Source: an uncultured virus (IMG/VR IMGVR_UViG_3300033121_001601) (Duplodnaviria > Heunggongvirae > Uroviricota > Caudoviricetes). From it: a stretch of DNA of 58,849 nt. The translations under genes and the position numbers were made by a program. The stretch lies in the IMG/VR virus record IMGVR_UViG_3300033121_001601, positions 62,001 to 120,849 of that record. The stretch is one strand, 5' to 3'. Under the pieces are notes generated by a model. The model had not been told where the DNA came from. It ran no database searches and was given only the letters and a program-made list of their open reading frames with translations. Below, in pieces: positions 38,654 through 48,159 of the stretch; position 1 is the first letter of the stretch, and every line of letters begins with the position of its first letter.

Positions 38654-38742
38654 CGGAAGAGGGGAGATTCGAACTCCCATAGGCTTTCTGGGCCTAACCT
38701 CAATTTTCGAGACTGGTACAATAACCGTTCTGTCACTCTTCC
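38654..38742 (-). tRNA. tRNA-Ser(CGA)
   Basis: Acceptor GGAAGAG/CTCTTCC, loop CT-CGA-AA, long variable arm. Confidence 0.9.
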
Positions 38743-38913
38743 GTAAGGGTAACTATGCGATTCAAGAACAACCATTCTTACGCTGCTGTTACTAAATCGC
38801 TAATGGTTTCGCCCTATATTATGCAGGCTGCAATTGAGCTAAAAGCGATAACTCTGTTCAGACCTTTGCTGAATGGGTAGGGCGTTTGGTCCAAAGGAAA
38901 CGATTGCGGAGCC

Positions 38914-39678
38914 TTACTCAGGTGGAAGTCCAAGCACTGCACGACAACGATTGTTGGCGACTTTGGCATCCTCAACCGAAGCCTCACAGCCTAGAAATCT
39001 ACGTTTCAAAGAGAGAGCTGATACTCCGGTGGTTCCCCAGCCAGCAAAGCAATCAACCACCAAATCATCCACATTGGAATGGGTTTCAATCAACCTATTC
39101 AGCAATGGAATTGGCTTCTGAGCTTGTCTCTCGGGTCGTTGAAGTTCCGGAATGTCTGTCCAGACATTGCTGACACGTTTGAACTCGCTCTTTGCCGGAT
39201 ACTTTTTTGAAAAACCCGCATATCCCCGTTTGATGTTGGTCAAGGGGATGTTGAAGGTCACCTTGGTTCGCTCGGGTGACATGCTGTACCATGCAATCTC
39301 CTCCCGGCAGAAGAGATAGTCATGAGATTTGCCATAGGCTCTCCTTTTGCCCCAGGTAATGAGATTGCGATAGTGAAAAAGGTTTTTCTCCTCGATCTTT
39401 TGGAGCAGAGAAAAGAACGGCCTTTCCCCGTGCTTCCCAATACCTCCAAAGAAGATGACGGAGCCATTCTCCTTCATCTTGGGCTTCACAGCTTCCAGGA
39501 GCTTGTACATCCAGTCAACGTAATCTTTTACAGATTTCCACTGGTTATCCCAGGAGTCCTCTACGATACCCATGTACGGAGGATCCGTCAGGAACAGGTC
39601 CACAGAACCATCCTGGAGGGTCTTGATGAAGTCGAAGCAGTCCTGGGCGGAAACGTAACGGGTAGGCGTGGGAGTCAT
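38914..39678 (-). CDS. DNA N6-A/N4-C methyltransferase, beta class
   Basis: VDLFLTDPPY precedes QKPIPLL...VVDCFAGWGTTG. Confidence 0.92.
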   Translation of the reverse strand: MTPTPTRYVSAQDCFDFIKTLQDGSVDLFLTDPPYMGIVEDSWDNQWKSVKDYVDWMYKLLEAVKPKMKENGSVIFFGGIGKHGERPFFSLLQKIEEKNLFHYRNLITWGKRRAYGKSHDYLFCREEIAWYSMSPERTKVTFNIPLTNIKRGYAGFSKKYPAKSEFKRVSNVWTDIPELQRPERQAQKPIPLLNRLIETHSNVDDLVVDCFAGWGTTGVSALSLKRRFLGCEASVEDAKVANNRCRAVLGLPPE

Positions 39679-39932
39679 TCTGGGTCCAGTCCTTGGAGAT
39701 TACCGGTTCCATTGCAGGTTTTACAGATGCCGTCACCGAAAGTGGGTCTTCCGTAACCTCGGCATTCCTTGCAAATGCAGGTCTTGGCCAGATTCATCAT
39801 CCGGTCAAAAGTTTCTTCATCTGATTCGTGGATGAGGCGAATCATTGCCAGCTTGGTTCGCATCCGTTCCAACAGCTCAAGTTGACTGACAATACTCTTG
39901 AGTTCCTTCAAGGCCTTCAAGGCATCGTTCAT
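39675..39932 (-). CDS. Small protein with DnaJ-type CxxCxGxG repeats
   Basis: CKECRGYG and CKTCNGTG. Confidence 0.6.
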   Translation of the reverse strand: MNDALKALKELKSIVSQLELLERMRTKLAMIRLIHESDEETFDRMMNLAKTCICKECRGYGRPTFGDGICKTCNGTGNLQGLDPE

Positions 39933-40504
39933 GGCACAGCCGGTTTCATGCCGCCAAGATCTTTTAGCATGACCTTGAGCAAAGCATAGGTCAACTCGAC
40001 ATCCACCTTGGCATCGTGATTGCCAGAGGGATTAATGCCGTAATGGAGGCACAGCTTGGCAAGAGATCCGTTGTTGTCATTTGGAATCTTCCCCAGAAGC
40101 TGAAGAGTTTGTCCCAAAACAGAGGTGTCAAGCCACCTGTGACCACAAAAAGCTTTCCAGTCGGGAACAAGCTTTTGAGCAAACCTAACATCCAGGTTGA
40201 TGTTGTGCCCCGAAGGAATCAACTTGCTGTTAGTTGGGCAGTTCAGCAACAAAAAGTCACGGAGTTTCTGTCTCGCTTCCAACTCTGGAATGGCTTCGGC
40301 GTCATGCTTCAAAAGGTCGATCTTGTTGACCCTCAGAGCATCAATATCAACCACGTAACGGCCGTTGGGCGGACGGATCTTCAGGTCAATGACGTCGAGC
40401 TCCTCTAACTTTTCATTAAGAACCATGCCGTAGAGAGTGAACAAAGAGACTTCTTTCTCCTCAAGGCCACCAGTTTCAACATCGAACAGGAAAAATCGTT
40501 TCAT
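39929..40504 (-). CDS. DEDDh 3'-5' exonuclease (DnaQ/epsilon-like)
   Basis: FDVETGGL, GHNINLD, LDTS, SLAKLC, HDAKVD. Confidence 0.9.
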   Translation of the reverse strand: MKRFFLFDVETGGLEEKEVSLFTLYGMVLNEKLEELDVIDLKIRPPNGRYVVDIDALRVNKIDLLKHDAEAIPELEARQKLRDFLLLNCPTNSKLIPSGHNINLDVRFAQKLVPDWKAFCGHRWLDTSVLGQTLQLLGKIPNDNNGSLAKLCLHYGINPSGNHDAKVDVELTYALLKVMLKDLGGMKPAVP

Positions 40505-40814
40505 GGTCCACCAAAGATAGCACTTCTTTGAGGGACATAGCACCTATTTTCCGTTGCACCTCGTTACCCTTGTCGTATAGGACCAACGTAGGAAGCCCAC
40601 GGACATCCTCCTCTTTTGTCAGGGAGTAGGATTCATCACAGTCCACATACCTGATTGACACCTTGCCAGCCAGAAGAGGGACAGCTTGATCTAGGATGAG
40701 CTTGAGTCTTTTGCAAGGAGCACACCATTCAGCTCCAAACAAGACTAGAATAGGAATAGGAGAGGATTTGATGGTGGAGATGAAGTTCTCCGGGGTAAGT
40801 TCAGGAAGGAGCAT
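40476..40814 (-). CDS. Thioredoxin
   Basis: FGAEWCAPCK, VRGLPTL. Confidence 0.9.
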   Translation of the reverse strand: MLLPELTPENFISTIKSSPIPILVLFGAEWCAPCKRLKLILDQAVPLLAGKVSIRYVDCDESYSLTKEEDVRGLPTLVLYDKGNEVQRKIGAMSLKEVLSLVDHETIFPVRC

Positions 40815-40843
40815 AGGGGTAAATATACCCCATGCCTCGGGTC

Positions 40844-41539
40844 TCAGTCCTTCTTGTAGCTGGTGCCATTAAAGAGACGGAGGATGTGGATGAAAAGGTT
40901 GATGAAATCGAGGTAAACCTCAAGAGCCATGTCCAAAGCAGCTAAAGCGGTCTGACTCTCCATTCCCTTCTTCCGGATGGCCTGGGCGTCGAAGATGGCC
41001 AAACCTGTGAACAACAGGACAGCTACGCCAGAGATCAGGTAGCCCATAGGCTGGGAATGAATGAACAAGTTGATTACCATAGTTGCAATCAAACCCAACA
41101 AGCCAAAAAACAGCCATAAACCCCAACTATCCAAATTTTTCTTGGTGGCAAAACCGTAGAAACTTGCTGCTCCAAAGATCCCAGCAGAAGCCAAAAAGGC
41201 CAACAACACAGTAGCTGAACTGTACCGAATCAACAAGCCCGAGAGCGTAAGGCCGTTCAAAACAGTATAAGCTCCCATTAATGCTAACCCGGTAGCCAGA
41301 GAGAGATTTTTTCTTAGCCTGGAATAGGCTACTACAAGGCACAGCTCCACCGTCAACAGGGCAACAAATACCCACAAGTGAGTTAGTAGCCACTGGACAG
41401 CACCGACTGCTAGTGCTACGCCAGAGGTTCCAGCGGTTACCAACAGCATTCCTGTCATCCAGGTATAGACTTTTGCCCCAAAATTTGCAAGCACCTCTGA
41501 AGTGGGGGCTGAGCTCTGTCGATACACATTCGTTTCCAT
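40844..41539 (-). CDS. Bax inhibitor-1/YccA family membrane protein
   Basis: About 7 TM helices; KVYTWM, FDAQAIR, ALEVYLDFINLF. Confidence 0.92.
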   Translation of the reverse strand: METNVYRQSSAPTSEVLANFGAKVYTWMTGMLLVTAGTSGVALAVGAVQWLLTHLWVFVALLTVELCLVVAYSRLRKNLSLATGLALMGAYTVLNGLTLSGLLIRYSSATVLLAFLASAGIFGAASFYGFATKKNLDSWGLWLFFGLLGLIATMVINLFIHSQPMGYLISGVAVLLFTGLAIFDAQAIRKKGMESQTALAALDMALEVYLDFINLFIHILRLFNGTSYKKD

Positions 41540-41594
41540 GAGTTGAGAATTCCTTTTGAAGGAAGTGTAGCGCAATTCAAGTTGAATTTCAACT

Positions 41595-42323
41595 TCATTC
41601 TTCTGTTGGCTCAGGATCTCCTGACCTTCGAATGGAGAACATGCGATCTGGCAGGAACCTTGTGTACCCGTCAGCAGTGTGGTTAAGCAAAGTGATGGAG
41701 TAACAACTCCAAGAGGAGGTGGTGTAGAACCTGGGCTTGTTTAGGAGCTTCTTTCGGATAACCAGTCCCTTGGTCTTCTGGAATAGAATCAGGTCTCCTT
41801 TGGAAACTGACTCGTATTTCATGATTTCTGTGACGGGAACAAGCTCCCAGGGGTTGAAGAACCACATGGTCTCGTGGCCCTCAGCCGTCTTAGGATTCCA
41901 GGGATTGATGGGTTTGAGTTGCTTGGTCTCTGGATCCACCTGGAAGCCCTTGTAGAGCTTCAAACCCACCGAGACGACCCGGAGGTTGGTTCGTGCTCCA
42001 AGACGCTTCCTTGCCATTCTCAGAGTCTCCTGGACGTTGTTCTTGTCCACAAGGGTGAGGGCCCCGGCAATCCGGACAACGTAGTGGGTTACCTCTCCGA
42101 CATAAGCGACTGTTGTATCCTTGGAGGTGTCTCCCAATTGAAGGGAAGAAAACAGGTCGTGGGGCTTTCTCTCAAAAGCTCCAAAGTGATCGTATCTATC
42201 TGATTTCCTGGCTTTAGTCCAGGAAAACTCAAACTGGAAGGTGCTGCCAACGGGAACAATGGCTGCTGTGGCCAAAATTCTAGGCCGAACCAGTGTTCCT
42301 AATGTTTCAGGTCTGAATCTCAT
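41595..42323 (-). CDS. Hypothetical protein
   Basis: 242-aa ORF. Confidence 0.6.
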   Translation of the reverse strand: MRFRPETLGTLVRPRILATAAIVPVGSTFQFEFSWTKARKSDRYDHFGAFERKPHDLFSSLQLGDTSKDTTVAYVGEVTHYVVRIAGALTLVDKNNVQETLRMARKRLGARTNLRVVSVGLKLYKGFQVDPETKQLKPINPWNPKTAEGHETMWFFNPWELVPVTEIMKYESVSKGDLILFQKTKGLVIRKKLLNKPRFYTTSSWSCYSITLLNHTADGYTRFLPDRMFSIRRSGDPEPTEE

Positions 42324-42383
42324 GGCCGCTGAAAATAGATAGGAGGAACCTACCGGTTCTCTGGCAGCTTGATTTCGATGATA

Positions 42384-42662
42384 TTACGAGTCTGAATCGG
42401 GCTGTGTTTTCGGCTTCTTCGCAAGCTTTTGAACAGGCTTGGGAGCTTCCGGTTCAGCAAGAGGGGTTCCATCCGGAAGAGATAGAGCCATGTCCTTCAT
42501 TTCCTGAGGGATAAAAAACTCTCCAGCTTGTTCGATACGAGCAACAACTTCCTGGAATTGGGGCTTATTCTGAATTCCTTCTTGTCTGCACCAACGTTCA
42601 AATGACACCCTTCGACGGTTAAGAAGATGAAGCAGAGAGGTTGGGCCGGTGTTGGGTATCAT
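42384..42662 (-). CDS. Hypothetical protein
   Basis: ATGA-coupled to the upstream gene. Confidence 0.6.
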   Translation of the reverse strand: MIPNTGPTSLLHLLNRRRVSFERWCRQEGIQNKPQFQEVVARIEQAGEFFIPQEMKDMALSLPDGTPLAEPEAPKPVQKLAKKPKTQPDSDS

Positions 42663-42967
42663 GGTGCTGTCTTTTCTTTCTTGATTTGATTGTGGATCTC
42701 GAAGAGTACATCCGAAAGAGCTTCGTGGACCTGCTGGTCTTTCAAAGTTCTCTTGATTTGCTCCTCGGTAATTGTAGCTCCCAGTTCTTCCGAGACGTTC
42801 TTAACTAGACGACCCAAGGAATTCATGAGAACATTCCGTGCTGTAGCATGATTCATCTGGTAGCCCGCAGCCGACATGATTTCGGCAATCCGGCGAAAAT
42901 CAGTGCCTTCCTCCAGGGTAACGTACTTGGTGGCAGCAGTCTTGATAGTTTCTGGCGTCTTAGACAT
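42659..42967 (-). CDS. Sigma region-4-like HTH protein
   Basis: EGTDFRRIAEIMSAAGYQMNHATARNVLMNSLGRL resembles region 4.2; own SD GGAGAAGG. Confidence 0.6.
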   Translation of the reverse strand: MSKTPETIKTAATKYVTLEEGTDFRRIAEIMSAAGYQMNHATARNVLMNSLGRLVKNVSEELGATITEEQIKRTLKDQQVHEALSDVLFEIHNQIKKEKTAP

Positions 42968-43781
42968 TGGATCCTTCTCCGGCAGAGTCTTGAATCGAAG
43001 GCACTTTTTGGATCACATCATACCGCAAGAGAATGATATTCCTTTCTCGTTCTGGTAGCTTCAGAAGAGCTCTTTTCACCACTTCAACCAAGGTATGGTA
43101 GTCGGAAACAGAATCGCTGCTAACATCCAACTCATCCACCAACAAGTCCTTGATGGAGAGACCAGTAGATATGCCTTTCCCATGCTGAGCAGGAATGGCG
43201 GTATCCATGGAGGAAATCCACCTGGATTTCAGGGAGTGGTTGATGCTATTGAGCATTTTCTCGGAAACACCGAGTTCTGCCGCATTCCCCTCAACCAAAT
43301 CCTTAAAGCCGAGATTCTTCTCCTTCATGGTCTTCAGAAGCTTGTTCTGAGCTGTCCGGATGTGTGAAGGTACATGGAGCTGAGGATCCTGGGAAAGAAG
43401 GTAGTTGTTGATAGCATGGCGTATCCACCACGTAGCGTAGGTACTGAACTTGAACCCACGGTGAGGGTCAAACTTCTCCACAGCTGACAACAAGCCGAAA
43501 GAACCCTCTTGGAGAAGATCTTCCCGAATACGTTGGTGTTCCTTCTTCTTGGAATAGAATTTGTTGACCACAAAAGTGACCAACTTGCAGTTCCGGTTCG
43601 CAAGAACATTCCTCAGATTCTTGTCTTGTTTCGCCAACTTGCCTTTGGCATCCAATTCTTTCGTCTCGGAATACCGGAAAAACAGCTTCATGTCCTCGTC
43701 TCGATCATCCAGATTCTTTGAAAGAGCCGTAGCCGCTGCTTGAGTTATCGCTGATGTTGATGTTTGCTGATATGATTCCAT
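42960..43781 (-). CDS. Sigma70-family RNA polymerase sigma factor lacking region 4.2
   Basis: NCKLV, DLLQEGSFGLLSAVEKFDPHRGFKFSTYATWWIRHAI, LPERERNIILLRY, then ends. Confidence 0.92.
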   Translation of the reverse strand: MESYQQTSTSAITQAAATALSKNLDDRDEDMKLFFRYSETKELDAKGKLAKQDKNLRNVLANRNCKLVTFVVNKFYSKKKEHQRIREDLLQEGSFGLLSAVEKFDPHRGFKFSTYATWWIRHAINNYLLSQDPQLHVPSHIRTAQNKLLKTMKEKNLGFKDLVEGNAAELGVSEKMLNSINHSLKSRWISSMDTAIPAQHGKGISTGLSIKDLLVDELDVSSDSVSDYHTLVEVVKRALLKLPERERNIILLRYDVIQKVPSIQDSAGEGSNV

Positions 43782-44238
43782 CCCTGTTTTTCCTGCCCTT
43801 TCGAGGCCTTGCTGCCCAGTTCATATAGGATGTAAGGCACTCTGCTCGGATTTTCTCAAACTTTGCCTCATTGATCCTGAGGCAAAGACTCCTTGCCAGC
43901 TTTTTTCCAACCTCCCAGGCTTCGATCTCCTCTTGCACCTTTGCAATTTTGTAGGTAACGGTTGCATACCTCAGAGGTTTCCGAACCAACTCCGGATATC
44001 TGTCCTGGTAAGTAAAATCACACTCCAACATCCATGCATGACCAATTTCATGCAGGAAGATGTAGTAGAGGATTTCAAGCTTTCGTTGTGCATATAGGGT
44101 TATCACCTTATCATGGTACTGATTCTTCCTTTTGTTTGAATACTCTATCCTCCAGGAGTGCTGAGAGCAGAACTCAGTCAGACGCTTAATACTCGCCTGG
44201 ATCTCCTCTTGGCCAAGTTCAACAGGAAAAAGTGCCAT
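43705..44238 (-). CDS. HExxH metallopeptidase-like protein (ImmA/IrrE-like)
   Basis: FLHEIGHA...EEIEAW..G..LA. Confidence 0.65.
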   Translation of the reverse strand: MALFPVELGQEEIQASIKRLTEFCSQHSWRIEYSNKRKNQYHDKVITLYAQRKLEILYYIFLHEIGHAWMLECDFTYQDRYPELVRKPLRYATVTYKIAKVQEEIEAWEVGKKLARSLCLRINEAKFEKIRAECLTSYMNWAARPRKGRKNRDGIISANINISDNSSSGYGSFKESG

Positions 44239-44360
44239 GTGAATAACCTTAAATGTAGCAAGCCCTACATTCACTTGGGCCATAGAGCAACCTACCATAC
44301 ATGCACTGTCATATAAACCAATTTAACCGGACTGAATTTAACTCTTCTCCCTCCCCCCTT

Positions 44361-44387
44361 TTCCCTCCCCTCTTGGTTATCCTCCAC
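44361..44387 (+). repeat. Dispersed intergenic repeat, copy 3
   Basis: C/T tract + CTTGGTTATCCTCCAC. Confidence 0.8.
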
Positions 44388-44526
44388 CACCATGGAAAGT
44401 CTGGAAAAAAGATTGGCAAAAGCAACAAAACCTAGAAGTTACGCTTTGAAGTTTTCATCGGAATGCTATTCTGACTTGACGTGGGGGTGTTGGTGGTTAA
44501 GATGGGTTGTGCAAGGAGAAAATCAC

Positions 44527-44778
44527 ATGACAACCCTGATTACCGGCAACACATACCCCGTCAAGGAAAAGCTTAAGGCTCTCGGAGGCCGGTGGGACTC
44601 GGCCCGCAAGGGCTGGATGGTCCCGGACGAAAAGGCTGCTGAAGCTCAGCAGCTAGTAAACTCAGCTTCCACCAACTACACTCCCCGGAAGCGGTACGGC
44701 ATTCGGACGTTTTCTGGGTTCTGTACGCGGTGTGGAGACGATTGTGGCGGTACGGCCTACCACTGCAACTATGAGTAA
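44527..44778 (+). CDS. Small protein (DUF5710-like N-terminus plus Zn ribbon)
   Basis: GNTYPVKEKLKALGGRWDSARKGW; AAGGAG SD; TTGACG...TAAGAT promoter at 44476. Confidence 0.65.
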   Translation: MTTLITGNTYPVKEKLKALGGRWDSARKGWMVPDEKAAEAQQLVNSASTNYTPRKRYGIRTFSGFCTRCGDDCGGTAYHCNYE

Positions 44779-44832
44779 GGTGTTCCTACTCACAAAAGGG
44801 TTCATTCGGTGTGACACTTTGGCTTCGGAGAT

Positions 44833-44905
44833 GCTCCCTTAGCTCAGTGGTTAGAGCAGCCGCCTTCAAATCGGTTGGTCGTGGGTTCAAATCCTACAGG
44901 GAGCG
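44833..44905 (+). tRNA. tRNA with UCA anticodon (opal/UGA suppressor candidate)
   Basis: GCTCCCT/AGGGAGC acceptor, GCTC/GAGC D-stem, GCCGC-CT-TCA-AA-TCGGT anticodon arm, 5-nt variable loop, GGTTCAAATCC, G73. Confidence 0.85.
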
Positions 44906-44909
44906 CAAG

Positions 44910-45371
44910 ATGCGTAAAACATGGACTTCATTTGAAGATGACGAATTCATTCCTATTGTCGATGAGGCCCTTCAAGAGTTGACCAGAGAAGAGTGCGACC
45001 TCGAAAAGGAACCAATTCTGTCCTACATGTTTTCCCGGTATCCCAAATGGGAAAAAGTAAATCTTCTCTATGTGTGCAAAAATGCTAAGAATGGAAGCAA
45101 GAAAGGGGTCATCAATCTTGATGTCGCCGACAGCATTGTTCTTCTTGACAAGGAATACCTTGTTGTCAATTATTGCAAAGTGGTAGCTTTTGAGCCTCGC
45201 AGCGAATGGGTTGCGTTCAATTACATAGTCCAAGCCCACTGGAAAGAGGGTAAACTTCAAGTTTGTGCTGATATTGCCCCAAAAGATGAAGATTTGGAAG
45301 AACTTGACCCTCTGTTTGAACATTACTTGAGCTTGGAAGAAACGACCACACGTTGCGTGTGCAAGACATGA
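44910..45371 (+). CDS. Hypothetical protein
   Basis: Start trimmed to MRKTW just after the tRNA. Confidence 0.55.
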   Translation: MRKTWTSFEDDEFIPIVDEALQELTREECDLEKEPILSYMFSRYPKWEKVNLLYVCKNAKNGSKKGVINLDVADSIVLLDKEYLVVNYCKVVAFEPRSEWVAFNYIVQAHWKEGKLQVCADIAPKDEDLEELDPLFEHYLSLEETTTRCVCKT

Positions 45372-45607
45372 TGGTTACCATGCTCATCCAGCTCAAAGGC
45401 AAGACCAAGACATAGATGAGGTGAAAGAAGCTGCTGGACTTTTGAATTGCTACAAGCTAGACATCAATGACCCCAAAGTCCAAAAGGTATTCCATGACTT
45501 TGATGGTCAATTTGACATCAAGCAAAAAAGGGCCATTTTTACGATTAGCTCATACGAGAAGCAACACCGGAGCCCGGGAATGGGCCAAGAAGGGAAGAGA
45601 GAAGAAT

Positions 45608-45682
45608 ATGGCAGCACGTAGAAGAACCAAGGGGCGTCGGGCGCCGTGGTCATGCGGTCACCGTGGGTTTGGGGTAGCCTGA
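45608..45682 (+). pseudogene. Truncated paralog of the 46306-46671 N-terminus
   Basis: MAARRRTKGRRAPWSCGHRGFGVA* versus MASSKKPKKRTFACGHKGYGILCHRC. Confidence 0.55.
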
Positions 45683-45691
45683 AAGGGTTTG

Positions 45692-46258
45692 CTACGTTGT
45701 TTCACTATGATGAATGCGATGGCAGTTAGCACACAGTAAATCGCATTTGTCCAACTCCACCACAATGCGTTTCCAACCTCTTTTCCTGAGCTTATCCCAA
45801 CTTACATCTTTTTCGGCTGGGATTCGATGATGGAAATCGAAAGCTGCATGTTGTGTAAATCCACAGTTCTTGCACACTCCGCCAAGATACTGAACAGCTT
45901 TGAGTCTAAGTGCTACTCCTCGCTCTCTGTCATAAACTGAATAGCACTTAGAACAGTAAGAGGTTCGTTTTTGTACCGAACCTTTAAAGGAGGTAAGTGG
46001 CAAATGCAGCTTGCATCGGTGACACCACTTCATTCCCGGGATCAGCTCAATACTTCTGTTCTGTGTGGCCTTGAGCCATCCACAAACATTTGTTCTTCTG
46101 GTTATGCCAAACTTCTTCATTTTGCGTTCGATCGTAACCTTGTTTACACCCAATTTGGCTGCTATTGCTCTCATAGAAAGACCTTCTTGGAAGTAAAGTT
46201 GTTCTAAGTCTTCTTTAGAGGGGGCTGCTTTCATGCTTGACTTTTTCGATGTGGGCAT
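45692..46258 (-). CDS. HNH homing endonuclease with N-terminal HTH
   Basis: GLSMRAIAAKLGV; YLGGVCKNCG...FDFHH...ELDKCDLLCANCHRIHH. Confidence 0.9.
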   Translation of the reverse strand: MPTSKKSSMKAAPSKEDLEQLYFQEGLSMRAIAAKLGVNKVTIERKMKKFGITRRTNVCGWLKATQNRSIELIPGMKWCHRCKLHLPLTSFKGSVQKRTSYCSKCYSVYDRERGVALRLKAVQYLGGVCKNCGFTQHAAFDFHHRIPAEKDVSWDKLRKRGWKRIVVELDKCDLLCANCHRIHHSETT

Positions 46259-46305
46259 TACACTTTAGTCCATTCGAGCCAAACAATAGTGACTCAGGAG
46301 TAAAT

Positions 46306-46671
46306 ATGGCATCCAGCAAAAAACCAAAAAAACGTACTTTTGCCTGCGGACATAAAGGTTATGGCATTTTGTGTCACCGATGCGCCCAGGCAAATGACCT
46401 GGAGACTAAGGCTAATGAGTTGGCCCAAGCAATCAAGGCTCAGGCGAAAACCCTCCCCGCCTTCGTAGTGGTCCAAAAGGCCGCCAAGGCTACGGAGACG
46501 GCTCCGGAATTGGAGTCGGGCATTCTGATCAAGGGTGGGGGTCAGCGCATCTTCATCGGGACCAATAACAAGGGCCAGGAGACAGCCCTGACCCAGGCTG
46601 TGGCTACCATGCGGGAGCATGCTACCCGCCTGGAGGCACGGCCAGAGAACAAGGTTCGTGTCTTCTCGTAG
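46306..46671 (+). CDS. Hypothetical protein with N-terminal CGH..C..C Zn motif
   Basis: AGGAG SD before ATG 46306. Confidence 0.65.
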   Translation: MASSKKPKKRTFACGHKGYGILCHRCAQANDLETKANELAQAIKAQAKTLPAFVVVQKAAKATETAPELESGILIKGGGQRIFIGTNNKGQETALTQAVATMREHATRLEARPENKVRVFS

Positions 46672-46742
46672 CTGGAATGACTAAGGAAAAGGTAGCCGAT
46701 ATCTATCGGCACTACTCTTGAAAGGTTGACAGAATGATACAC

Positions 46743-46831
46743 GGAGAGTTGCTAGAGCCGGGCAATAGTCCTGTTTGCTAAACATAGGACAGCCTTAATT
46801 GGCTGCGGGGGTTCGAGTCCCTCACTCTCCG
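46743..46831 (+). tRNA. tRNA-Ser(GCT)
   Basis: GGAGAGT/ACTCTCC acceptor, TT-GCT-AA loop, long variable arm; anticodon stem imperfect. Confidence 0.8.
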
Positions 46832-46840
46832 CTAAGAAAG

Positions 46841-46872
46841 AAACTCCAGGATCTTCGGGTTCTGGAGTTTTT
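46841..46872 (+). terminator. Rho-independent terminator after tRNA-Ser
   Basis: AACTCCAGGATC-ttcg-GGTTCTGGAGTT followed by TTT. Confidence 0.8.
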
Positions 46873-47175
46873 ACATTTGAACTTTCGTGATTAGTTTGCT
46901 CGTCAAGACCGAAAGGGATGTCAAAGAGGCTTTTCCTCAACAGGAAGCCAAGTATGCCCGTAGACTTGCCCAGGAGGCGCAGGAAGCCGAGTTCAAGGAT
47001 CTGAAGGGCTATCCCATCTCCCTCCAGCTTTCGAGCCCTGGAAGGGCTCCCAGACTCAAGGAAGAATACCTCGGAGACCTTACCTTCGATGCTTTCAGGG
47101 AGCGAAGGGCAATTGGAAGGAAGTGAGCGGCTATCTTGAGAATCGTTTTCAGGATGAGAAAATCCAAGGGGGAAA

Positions 47176-48159
47176 TTAGGAGAACAGGTGGCGACAGATG
47201 GCCGACCCTCTATGTTCTAGGTGCTTCCATTTGGTCTTGAAGGAATCCGTGTTGGTACCGCCAAAAAGTGTTGCATCGGAATGTACCTCGGCTAGACCAG
47301 CAAGCAGCAGAGCTGCTTCTTCAGGTCTTTTGCTGAACTCTTTCGCTTCTTTAGCGGATAAACAGTGAAGATCCATGTCCATCTCGATTAGTCGAGCTAC
47401 CTCTTTCTGCTCGGGATAGAGTTCACGGAAAATCTGAGCGGATATCTTGGCATGATTGGGGTAATAGACCTTGCCCTCAGCGTCCACCTCACGGCAGAAA
47501 GGTTTGCCGCAATCATGCCATAAAGCGTACTTCTCAAGGATGTGATCCGGAGGAAGTTTCTCTTGAAGCTTCTTGCCATAGGCCATGAGCCACTGTGGAA
47601 ATTTCCATTGTTTCTGGTAGGAGTAGTGAGGATCCCGAAGGAACTGAAGAAGATCAAGCAGGTGTTCTTTGACAGATCCGCCGTGTTGAAGTATGTTCTG
47701 TCCAGAAGTCTGCTGGGTATTCTCCATGGCTTCCACCACTTCAAACTTCCTCTTCAGACGCTCCGGAGCACCTTCATTCACCCTTTTCCCAGCCAGAGGA
47801 AGACCAGAACAAACCTTCTTTACGTCAGGCCCAGGAACTATTGAAATGGCTGTCAACTCATTCCCAATGTCAGGCTCTCGGAACTCGGCAAACCGAATCC
47901 CCTTCTCTTTGAGCTTCAGAGAGAGCTCAATGAGCTTCAGCTCATTGGGAACGTTCAGGCAGATTACGGAGTTGCTGGTCCGATACCACTCTTTCCACTC
48001 TTCAGGGAAGGATGCTGCAAACTCCATGGCAGCGTGTGTTGTCTGTGGAACTTGGTAGCCGGTAGGTAGGTCAGAATGGGTCACAACATAGAGTTTGTGG
48101 CCAGTCTGTTCAGACAGGGGGAGTTGAACAAGAATTCAAGCTTCGTGGTTGGTGTTCAT
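47176..48159 (-). CDS. Pth2-like peptidyl-tRNA hydrolase fused to an HD domain; in-frame UGA at codon 8
   Basis: KLYVVTHSDL..G.Q..Q..HAA...SNSVICL...FREPDIGNELTAI...LPLA, then QHG..V...LWHDCGKPFC...YPNHA. ATG 48159 (MNTNHEA*ILV...) is in frame, with TGA at 48136-48138. Confidence 0.8.

Noticed and set aside
44833..44905. tRNA-Sec
   Set aside because: Has a 7-bp acceptor stem and short variable loop, unlike SelC.
44811..44909. Upstream extension of the 44910 ORF
   Set aside because: Runs through the UCA tRNA.
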